Notes under the pieces: model-generated
Told to the model about the DNA's origin: nothing
The model's database searches: none
Seen by the model: the letters and a program-made list of their open reading frames with translations, nothing else
Shown here: positions 1 to 8,005 of the stretch, one piece after another
How the letters are laid out: each line of letters opens with the position of its first letter
How positions within the stretch are numbered: the first letter of the stretch is position 1
NCBI GenBank assembly: GCA_035250975.1
Contig: DATFEP010000027.1
Span: forward strand, 1 to 14,707
Length of the DNA: 14,707 nt
DNA from: Nitrososphaeraceae archaeon
GTDB lineage: Archaea > Thermoproteota > Nitrososphaeria > Nitrososphaerales > Nitrososphaeraceae
Direction of reading: 5' to 3'
Position numbers and translations under genes: made by a program

Positions 1-1
1 A

Positions 2-1216
2 GATGGAAAAGAGGTCTCTACAAAAATAACGAGAGGAGCGTTACCAGATAATACTGGTACCCAACCTTTAAGGATAGGAGCAAATTCATTGGAAGAAGAT
101 AAATTTTTCAATGGTGCTTTGGATGAAATAAGAGTTTGGAACAGAGGGCTATCAGATGAAGAAATAAAACAGGTTTATGGCAACAACGCAATTAACACAA
201 AAGTTAAAAATGGTCAGGTCATACACCTTGATTTTTCTACAACAAATGTGACGGAGGCTGTAACCATGGGAAGTAGTGTGACTAAGGCCGCAACTGTAGG
301 ACCTAGTTTTAAAGATGCTACAAAATACAAAGTGGTAAAAGTATGGGGGGGAGCAGGAACCGAAGATGGTAAGTTCTTACGTCCACATGATTTGGATTTC
401 AACAATGATGAATCAATTCTTTATGCTGTTGATAGGGACGGAGGGAGAATACAGGCATTTGATAAAGAAGGTAATTTTCTTTTTAGTTTTGGTAAAAATG
501 GACAAGGAGATGGTGAATTCTCTGTACCCTATGGACTAGACGTAGATAAGGAAGGAAATCTTTGGATAGCTGATAGGGCAAATCATCGTGTTCAGAAATT
601 TGATAGTCAAGGAAATTTCATTCTGAAAATCGGCGGTGATGATTTTAAAAAGAGTGCGGAACCTGGAAAATTTGACAATCCTAGACACATAAGAGTTGAT
701 CCTGATAACAAATATGTCTATGTTGCTGACTCGAAAAATAATCGCGTTCAACAGTTTGATACAAATGGTAAGTTTATCAAAGTAATTGGAAAATTGGGAG
801 ATAAGCCTGGTGAATTCAACTTGGTAACTACAATAGAGATAGATCCGGAAGGAAATTTCTTTACTACAGAACGAGGCAATGAAAGGATTCAAAAATTCGA
901 TAAGGACTGGAAGCCGATATTAATGTGGGGTAGCAAAGGAAGCGGAGATTCACAATTCTGTCATTCGGAGCATTTTGCGATAGACAAATATGGTAATGTG
1001 TATATGAATGATCCTCAATCTGACCCCGGCTGCAGTCAAATACCGGTGGTCAAAAAATTCGACAACAACGGTAAATTTATAACAAAATGGGGATCTTTGG
1101 GTAAGGAACCAGGTCAATTTGGGGACCCAGAACATATGGCAATAGATTCGGAAGGGAATGTCTATATTTCAGATAGAAAAAATGATAATATCCAAAAGTT
1201 TGCTCCAATTCCCTAA
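2..1216 (+). CDS. 5'-truncated LamG (ConA-like lectin/glucanase) domain + six-bladed NHL beta-propeller protein
   Basis: The frame is open from position 2 (DGKEVSTKITRGALPDNTGTQPLRIGANSLEEDKFFNGALDEIRVWNRGLSDEEI), so the TTG at 89 is internal rather than a start. 'LRIG...F.G.LDEIRVWNRGLS.EEI' is the typical LamG C-terminal motif. It is followed by six NHL repeats (GxFxxPxxIxxDxxGxxYVADxxNxRIQKFD). Confidence 0.9.
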   Translation, partial: DGKEVSTKITRGALPDNTGTQPLRIGANSLEEDKFFNGALDEIRVWNRGLSDEEIKQVYGNNAINTKVKNGQVIHLDFSTTNVTEAVTMGSSVTKAATVGPSFKDATKYKVVKVWGGAGTEDGKFLRPHDLDFNNDESILYAVDRDGGRIQAFDKEGNFLFSFGKNGQGDGEFSVPYGLDVDKEGNLWIADRANHRVQKFDSQGNFILKIGGDDFKKSAEPGKFDNPRHIRVDPDNKYVYVADSKNNRVQQFDTNGKFIKVIGKLGDKPGEFNLVTTIEIDPEGNFFTTERGNERIQKFDKDWKPILMWGSKGSGDSQFCHSEHFAIDKYGNVYMNDPQSDPGCSQIPVVKKFDNNGKFITKWGSLGKEPGQFGDPEHMAIDSEGNVYISDRKNDNIQKFAPIP

Positions 1217-1217
1217 C

Positions 1218-1236
1218 GATTTTTTTTAAAAAAATC
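1218..1236 (+). terminator. oligo-T terminator candidate
   Basis: A T8 run starts 4 nt after the stop codon and sits in a near-perfect palindrome, GA-T8-A7-TC. Confidence 0.5.
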
Positions 1237-1396
1237 TTAATATTCATATCTTAATATGATAATATAAAAAACAATTAAACAGGTTTAGGTATTCAAATCA
1301 AAAAATTTATAATAATAGTCTGAAAACTTTTGTGTTTTAACTTTGAATAGAATCGGGTTATAGTTATATGTCATAGAAGTATTAACAGAGATAAAA

Positions 1397-2386
1397 ATGA
1401 CTATTGGTATTCCATGTGTTATATGTAAATTATACTCCGTCATTCTATTATTGGGTTCTTTCTTTTTATTTTTTTATGGCAGTGAAAATTTAGATGTTTT
1501 TGCTGTTGAAAATAAGGATAAATACATTCTGGCAAATACATGGGGAACAGAGGGACAGGAAGATGGCAATTTTGCTATTCCACACAGTATAGCTATAGAT
1601 AAGTCTGGTTTTGTTTATGTCACAGACACTGGAAATGATAGGGTTCAAAAATTTACTCCAGACGGTACTTTTGTAACAAAATGGGGTAGCAAGGGTTCAG
1701 AGAATGGTCAATTTCTTTCATTGCACGATATCGCTGTCGATACTCAGAAAAATTTTATCTACACAGTCGAATTAGATAATCATCGTGTACAGAAATTTTA
1801 TACTAATGGAACGTTTATTTCAAAATTTGGATATGATGAAACTGGTGGTGATGCGGAAAATAGAACGCCACATCAAGTATATGTAGACTCTAATGGATTT
1901 GTATATCTACCTGATAGAGGAAATTCGGAAGTCCTAAAATTTGATAGTAATGGCAAATTTATTAAAAAATGGGGTTCTGATGGTCAAGGAGCTGGTCAAT
2001 TTTCCAAGCCTCATGGAGTCGTAACGGATTCAAATAACAATATCTATGTAACGGATATGGCAAATTCACGTGTTCAGAAATTTGATAGTAATGGCAAATT
2101 CATAACAATGTGGGGAGCAAAGGGAAGCGGAGAGGGAAAATTTTCTTATAGCATCCCAGGAATAGGCATTGATAATTTAGACAATATCTATATTGTAGAT
2201 AGACTGCAGTCAGTTATTCAGAAATTTGATAGTAATGGCAAATTCATAACAATGTGGGGAGCAAAAGGTTCTAACGACGGAGAATTTAATAAACCTGAAG
2301 ATATTGCCATTAACCAACAAAACGGAGATGTCTATATAACTGATACGAAGAATTCAAGAATTCAACATTTCAAGATAAGTAAATGA
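1397..2386 (+). CDS. secreted NHL-repeat six-bladed beta-propeller protein
   Basis: Hydrophobic N-terminus ending in VFA, then six NHL repeats (e.g. GQFSKPHGVVTDSNNNIYVTDMANSRVQKFDSNG). Confidence 0.92.
   Translation: MTIGIPCVICKLYSVILLLGSFFLFFYGSENLDVFAVENKDKYILANTWGTEGQEDGNFAIPHSIAIDKSGFVYVTDTGNDRVQKFTPDGTFVTKWGSKGSENGQFLSLHDIAVDTQKNFIYTVELDNHRVQKFYTNGTFISKFGYDETGGDAENRTPHQVYVDSNGFVYLPDRGNSEVLKFDSNGKFIKKWGSDGQGAGQFSKPHGVVTDSNNNIYVTDMANSRVQKFDSNGKFITMWGAKGSGEGKFSYSIPGIGIDNLDNIYIVDRLQSVIQKFDSNGKFITMWGAKGSNDGEFNKPEDIAINQQNGDVYITDTKNSRIQHFKISK
2073..2265 (+). repeat. exact 49-nt intragenic direct repeat (2073-2121 and 2217-2265), with a partial third copy at 1937-1959
   Basis: TTCAGAAATTTGATAGTAATGGCAAATTCATAACAATGTGGGGAGCAAA occurs twice, 144 nt (one blade) apart, encoding QKFDSNGKFITMWGAK. 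Confidence 0.9.
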
Positions 2387-2718
2387 TAAGCATTATGTTT
2401 AATGTTAAATTAAAATAAACCAGAAACGATGGTATAAGATAATTTCGATATATCTTTATGGACATCAATGATTTTTGGTTTTTCTTTTTTGCTACACCAA
2501 TTAGTAGTTATAAATTCTACTTTCAGTCCCCTGATTGCTTTATTATTTCTATTTTCAATTAATTGATTTATAATTAGAAAATATCAAGATCTATGTTTTT
2601 TATTTTAAATAAACTTTGAATATAACTATACTACCATTAATGTTATGTATATAAAATTTAGAGAAGTGTATTATAATTCTTAAATACTGATTTAGGTATA
2701 GTGAAATAACTTAAAGGA

Positions 2719-4845
2719 ATGAAAATTGCTTCATTTATAACATATTTGATTTTTAGTCTGATTGTTCTTATGATGTTAAATCCTGGGAATACAAATTCGT
2801 ACGGACAGAGTTTAGCAAAGGTTCCTGTCGTACCAACTGTTTATGATCCAAATCTGAAGATAGAATTAGTTGCGGATGGATTTAACTTTCCGACCACCAT
2901 GGAATTTCTTGGACCGAATGATTTTCTAATTCTTGAAAAAGATACAGGTCTTGTTAAAAGGGTAATTAATGGTAAAACAATAGAAAATCCGCTGTTACAG
3001 ATCGAGGTAAGTAAAAAAGATGAAAGAGGTCTACTAGGAGTGGCTGTCAGTGAAATAAAAAAACCTGATCCTACTGACGACAGCCTGGTAAATAATAATG
3101 ATATTACTCACAACGTATTTTTGTACGCTGTCCAGTGTGAAGGTAAAGGGAAATCTGAAAACTGTGAGAACCGAATTTACAGATACGATTTGGATAACAA
3201 GAACAATCTCCTTATAAACCCTAAAATGTTGCTAGCAATTCCTTCTTTTCCAGAGAGTTCGCACGTTGGAGGCATAGTGAAAGTTGGTCCGGATGGAAAT
3301 CTCTATTTGACTGTCGGAAATTTTCAAAGAACCGTTCCAATAATTCTTTATGAAAGTAAGAGCCAAAATTATGAGACAGGTCATGATTTTGATGGAAGAG
3401 GTGGAATACTTCGGATAACACAGGACGGCGAACCAGTGAATGAAATAATACTTGGAAATGAATATCCTCTTAATTTGTATTATGCGTATGGAATTAGAAA
3501 CAGTTTTGGAATGGATTTCGATCCTTTGACAGGCAAATTATGGGACACTGAAAACGGTCCCTATTTCGCAGATGAAATAAATCTTGTTGAACCTGGATTT
3601 AATAGTGGAGCAGAAAAAATTTTTGGAATATGGCATAGTGATGGCATCGGAAACAAGCTGAAATTGGATGAATCTTCTAAGACATATGACATCGTGGAGG
3701 CGGATAAACCCAGTGATCTGTTATATGTAGGAAAGGGATATTATAGTCAACCAAAATTTATATGGGATAAAACTGTGGCACCAACAGCACTAGTTTTTTA
3801 TCAATCCAATAGTCTTGGAAACCAGTATGAAAATGATATATTTGTGGGTTCTGCGGATGGTGGTAGAATATTCAATTTTAATTTAAACGATCAGAGGGAT
3901 GGATTACTCTTAAATGGACCACTATCTGACAAGATCGCGAACAATAAAGAAGAATATCAAGATATTTTGTTTGCTGATGGATTTAGCTATATCACTGACA
4001 TAAAGATTGATCCAGGAAGTGGTCATATGTATATTATTACCGGATCAAAAGCATCCAAAACTGAGAAATTCGGAGAGGTATACCGAATAATGCCCGGTGA
4101 AGATAATGTAATGCAAGAGAGTATAGCCCAGCAGGTAGACCAAGCCCAGCATGTTGATGTTGGTGTATCAGTTCTAGATGCTTTGACTAAAATGGCACCT
4201 AAACAAGCCGAAAAACCAAAGATAGATGCAAAAAGTATAGCAGACTTTGTCACAAAACCATACAAGGTTTCTCCTCAAACGCTCACAGATGGTAAAAATG
4301 ATAATACTATTGCAACTGTTGATGTAAAAACCAATAATGATGGTGCAAAAAAAATGAACTTTGACCAAATATCAAAAATCGTAAATGAGTATGCAATAGG
4401 TGACCAGATAATACTGAAAGGAATACTATCTTCAATACCAAAAGATGTCCAAGAAGGTAAAAAATCTGAAACTTATCAAACAGCTGTAATTCTTCCACCA
4501 AGAGAAGATGGTGCTATATATTCTGGAATTCTGACTCTTTCATCTAACAAGGCAATAGATCTTATTTCCCTAAATAATTATGAAATAGATTCAAATATTC
4601 TTGCAAATATATCATCACTTGAAAATGTTCCAGATTCATGGTCTAAATCAGTTATGCAGCAAGATGAGTATATTGAAACAACCATAGCGTCGATTGAAGA
4701 GAAAAGCGGAGATAAATATGATTTGTCTATTCCATTTCTAGGAAATGCGATACAAATACAAAATCCTGAAAATGAATCGTTTACAGCAGTCTTGACTGTT
4801 AAAGCAGATGTACTAAGAGCAGAAAATATCAATGACTCTAACTAA
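2719..4845 (+). CDS. secreted PQQ-dependent sugar dehydrogenase (glucose/sorbosone dehydrogenase family) with linker and extra C-terminal domain
   Basis: Signal peptide, then GSDH motifs PTTMEF, ERGLLG, HVGG..KVGPDGNLY, GGILRI, YAYGIRNSFGMDFDP, LWDTENGP..DEINL and APTAL. About 250 extra residues follow the propeller. Confidence 0.88.
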   Translation: MKIASFITYLIFSLIVLMMLNPGNTNSYGQSLAKVPVVPTVYDPNLKIELVADGFNFPTTMEFLGPNDFLILEKDTGLVKRVINGKTIENPLLQIEVSKKDERGLLGVAVSEIKKPDPTDDSLVNNNDITHNVFLYAVQCEGKGKSENCENRIYRYDLDNKNNLLINPKMLLAIPSFPESSHVGGIVKVGPDGNLYLTVGNFQRTVPIILYESKSQNYETGHDFDGRGGILRITQDGEPVNEIILGNEYPLNLYYAYGIRNSFGMDFDPLTGKLWDTENGPYFADEINLVEPGFNSGAEKIFGIWHSDGIGNKLKLDESSKTYDIVEADKPSDLLYVGKGYYSQPKFIWDKTVAPTALVFYQSNSLGNQYENDIFVGSADGGRIFNFNLNDQRDGLLLNGPLSDKIANNKEEYQDILFADGFSYITDIKIDPGSGHMYIITGSKASKTEKFGEVYRIMPGEDNVMQESIAQQVDQAQHVDVGVSVLDALTKMAPKQAEKPKIDAKSIADFVTKPYKVSPQTLTDGKNDNTIATVDVKTNNDGAKKMNFDQISKIVNEYAIGDQIILKGILSSIPKDVQEGKKSETYQTAVILPPREDGAIYSGILTLSSNKAIDLISLNNYEIDSNILANISSLENVPDSWSKSVMQQDEYIETTIASIEEKSGDKYDLSIPFLGNAIQIQNPENESFTAVLTVKADVLRAENINDSN

Positions 4846-5183
4846 ATTTTATATCGAGTGATCAGGATCATCAAGATCATTTTTTATATCCATTTGTCTT
4901 TATCCTTTCGTCTAAATTCCTAAAAAGAAATGGTAGACTTGTACTGATGTTGAGATCTACTTTATAAAGACTCTTCACTATATTGGGATTTTTCAAGCGT
5001 TTTTTTTGTGAATATTTTTTATTTTTTATAAAAAGTATGTATGAGTGAAATATGAATATTATCAAGATCACAGGTTTTCCTTACAGCAATTTTAAGAGTA
5101 ATTGAGTTAATTAAAATCAATCATATTATTTATTTGCGCAACAAAGCATATTTATAATAAGGGTAGGAAAAAAATAGCACCAA

Positions 5184-6095
5184 ATGAATTCTGTAAATAA
5201 CAAGTTATTTAGTTGCTTTGTAATTCTAGCTATTTTTTCATCTGCTTTATTTTTTTCTTATAATATCTTAAATCTAACATATGCCCAATCAGATGATGAA
5301 AATGATGAAGACGTAAAAGATGATAATAAACAAAAAGGAACAATGGAACTCAAAATTAAATTGAATTTAAACAATATAGATCAGAATGCAAAAACAATAA
5401 AAGTGATATCATATGTTAATGGAGAGGCAAAGGAAGTTTATATAGATCTAGCAAAAGAAAAATCACAGACTACAAATAACATACTGATTAAAAATTTACA
5501 ATACGATAAAAGTAATGATATATCGTCAATTGGAATAAAAGATCAATATTTTGTTTGTGGTTATGTTTTTAACAATGGGATACAAAAAACACAAAATATT
5601 CAAAATACTGAAATTCCGATTTTTGATTGTGACGAAGGAAATATAGGTTCTACGGACAAAAATTCAGCCAAGCTCTTTTATGCTCTGAACAAATTTAATG
5701 AAAGTGTAAATCTTAACAAATTAAGTAGTCAGGGTGGGAATGCTGCGAAAGAGGTGAAATTAAACGCAAAAATTCCGCTATACGATAAGACGGACGAAGT
5801 TGATCAAATAAACGTAGTAGCGATGGTAAGGGGAGAATACGAAGTCAAAACAATAAATGCAAAAGAAGAGCTAGAAAAACTCGACGATAAGAGTGGTAAC
5901 GATATATTAGATATTCCATTTATCTTTAACAGAAATACTGAATTGGGACAAGTACAGATAGGTGACATGTTTTTTATTTGTGTCACTGGAGAGGAACTAG
6001 CACCACCAGAACACTCACATTGTGAGAAGAGACTTGTAAAGAGTTTTGATAACGGAAATCAAGTATTTGCAAGGAAGGATAGCTTTTTTAAATAA
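5184..6095 (+). CDS. secreted hypothetical protein with two tandem homologous Cys-pair domains
   Basis: Signal peptide ending TYA|Q, an acidic linker, then two ~100-aa units (..IKVISYVNGE..IGIKDQYFVC..FDCDE and ..INVVAMVRGE..VQIGDMFFIC..SHCEK). Confidence 0.8.
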   Translation: MNSVNNKLFSCFVILAIFSSALFFSYNILNLTYAQSDDENDEDVKDDNKQKGTMELKIKLNLNNIDQNAKTIKVISYVNGEAKEVYIDLAKEKSQTTNNILIKNLQYDKSNDISSIGIKDQYFVCGYVFNNGIQKTQNIQNTEIPIFDCDEGNIGSTDKNSAKLFYALNKFNESVNLNKLSSQGGNAAKEVKLNAKIPLYDKTDEVDQINVVAMVRGEYEVKTINAKEELEKLDDKSGNDILDIPFIFNRNTELGQVQIGDMFFICVTGEELAPPEHSHCEKRLVKSFDNGNQVFARKDSFFK

Positions 6096-6736
6096 AACTA
6101 GATTATTCTATAAATAACTGGTAAAATAGCATTAAACCATTTCCTTTTGAATTAGAATGATACATTATTTTACTTTTGGTTATAGCTTCGATAGGTGATA
6201 AATGAAATAATTGAAAAGATTTAGTGTAATACTCCAAAGGGTATCAAATATCATCATCAGATAGTTTCTCATATGAGTTGAATCTTATACTCTAAGATAT
6301 CTGCATATTAATTTTTATAAAACCTGAATAAATATGGTAATACCAGAAGCCCAACAAATCCTTTTCAGAATTATGATATAATAGAAAATTATTTATCTTT
6401 ACGCTTGCTCATTTCGTTAGAATATTCTCATCTATTAAAATATGGATCGTTTTTGACAAGTCTATAGTAAAAAAACAAATTATAGTTAGCATTAATTGTA
6501 TACCATTCATGGTCATAATAAGATCTTCATTTTTTTATTTTCAATTTATAATAAATAAAGAATTAATTCTAATAAGTCCATAAATAGAGAATTAAATCGA
6601 TAATAAAATATTGTTGTCTTATTTTTAAAAGCACTAACGTGTTTTATGTCTTAACAAAAATATTAGTCGTCACTCGAATTATTTGGAGATAAAAACTGCT
6701 ATAAATTAATATAATCTAAATTATGAAATAAAAGGA

Positions 6737-7822
6737 ATGAATAGAATAACTTTATCAATCTTGATTATTATTAATTTAGTCTGCTCTATTTCTATTATAA
6801 ATCCATTCGATACTCTGTTTTCTTTGTCATATGGTCAACAAGATAAAAATGCGCAAAAAAACATAACAACAGTACAACCTACAACAAACACAACTAGTAC
6901 AGGAGGATATTGTTACAAATTTCAATGGGGTTCTTCAGGCACTGAGGATGGACAATTTTTACGTCCACATGACGTAGTATTTGATTCTAAAGGTTATGTA
7001 TATGTAAATGACCGTGAACGTAACGATATACAAAAATTTACCCATGATGGTAAATTTATTTCAAAATTTGGAGAAAAAGGTGAAGAGTTAGGACAATTTC
7101 AAAGTCCCTATAGTATGATAATTGATTCAAATGATTATCTTTACATCATCGATAGAGGAAATGATCGTGTCCAAAAGATGTATACCAATGGTACTCCAAT
7201 CAAATCATGGAATTCAATTCAAGGCGATTCGGTAACAAAGAATCAAGACAATGAAGATGAAAACGGCGATGTTAACGGAGACCAAGAAACAGATCAATTT
7301 GCAAGTCCTGAAGATATGACCATAGATAAAAAAGGAAATTTTTATTTAACTGATACTGGAAATAATCGTATACTCTCATTTGATAAGAATTTTAATTTCA
7401 TCTCAAATTTTGGCAAAGATGGAACAGGACTTGGCGAATTTAATCATCCACACGGAATAGCAGTGGATTCTGAAGGAAACATATATGTTAATGAATTGGA
7501 AAGTGCAAGAATACAGAAGTTTACTAATAATGGAACATTTATAAAACAATGGGGATCTGCGGGCACTGGAAATGGTCAGTTTACATTACCATTGGAACAC
7601 TTAGAAATTGATTCTTCTGACCATGTGTTTATGGTAGACGGTGCAGACAATCCTCGTATACAGGTATTTGATAATAATGGAACATTTATCACAAGCTTTG
7701 GAAAGTTAGGAATAGGGAATGGAGAGTTTAAAAAACCAGAGCATGTAAACCTTAATTCTAAAGGTGATGTATATGTTGTCGACAGAGGCAATCAACGGAT
7801 CCAAGTATTTTCTCCTTGTTAG
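6737..7822 (+). CDS. secreted NHL-repeat six-bladed beta-propeller protein
   Basis: Signal peptide ending SYG|Q, a Thr-rich linker with NIT/NTT sequons, and six NHL repeats with an acidic insertion before blade 3. Confidence 0.92.
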   Translation: MNRITLSILIIINLVCSISIINPFDTLFSLSYGQQDKNAQKNITTVQPTTNTTSTGGYCYKFQWGSSGTEDGQFLRPHDVVFDSKGYVYVNDRERNDIQKFTHDGKFISKFGEKGEELGQFQSPYSMIIDSNDYLYIIDRGNDRVQKMYTNGTPIKSWNSIQGDSVTKNQDNEDENGDVNGDQETDQFASPEDMTIDKKGNFYLTDTGNNRILSFDKNFNFISNFGKDGTGLGEFNHPHGIAVDSEGNIYVNELESARIQKFTNNGTFIKQWGSAGTGNGQFTLPLEHLEIDSSDHVFMVDGADNPRIQVFDNNGTFITSFGKLGIGNGEFKKPEHVNLNSKGDVYVVDRGNQRIQVFSPC

Positions 7823-7988
7823 TGAATGATAAAAACAGGAACATTGTAATTTGATCTTGAAAGGAATAATGCACATAGTATCATTCAATCAGGATTTTCT
7901 ATTGTTGACGAACAGGAACACCGTAAAAATACTGGTAATATCATATTGGTGAAAATGCATGGTTAAACTTAAATTTGATATAGTACAT

Positions 7989-8000
7989 TCTACTAGTAGA
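7989..8000. promoter_or_regulatory. perfect 12-bp palindrome between the TATA-like element and the start codon (possible operator)
   Basis: TCTACTAGTAGA ends 5 nt before the ATG at 8006. A TATA-like CTTAAATT lies at about 7968-7975. Confidence 0.3.
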
Positions 8001-8005
8001 TAGTT

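Noticed and set aside
89-91. TTG start given by the ORF track for the first gene
   Set aside because: The frame is open to the window edge and the upstream residues continue the LamG domain.
2073-2265. 49-nt duplication as a diversity-generating retroelement TR/VR pair
   Set aside because: The copies are identical with no adenine-specific mismatches, both are in frame in one gene, and there is no reverse transcriptase in the window.
4877-5071. 64-aa minus-strand intergenic ORF
   Set aside because: Its composition mirrors AT-rich, homopolymer-rich intergenic DNA and it has no motif. I cannot exclude it but cannot support it.
6225-6280. Minus-strand CTGATGATGA as a second C/D sRNA or hammerhead core
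   Set aside because: There are no properly spaced flanking C and D boxes or terminal stem, and no stem II plus GAAA for a hammerhead.
214-7888. Short antisense ORFs (214-405, 536-892, 950-1135, 3221-3421, 4023-4265, 4174-4368, 4307-4501, 4578-4832, 5804-5986, 7576-7791, 7706-7888)
   Set aside because: They are shadows of well-supported plus-strand genes and have no recognisable motifs.
7823-7920. TGAATGATA/TATCATTCA inverted repeat and AACAGGAACA direct repeat as an H/ACA-like RNA
   Set aside because: The stem is short and AT-rich, and I could not build a convincing K-turn or pseudouridylation pocket.
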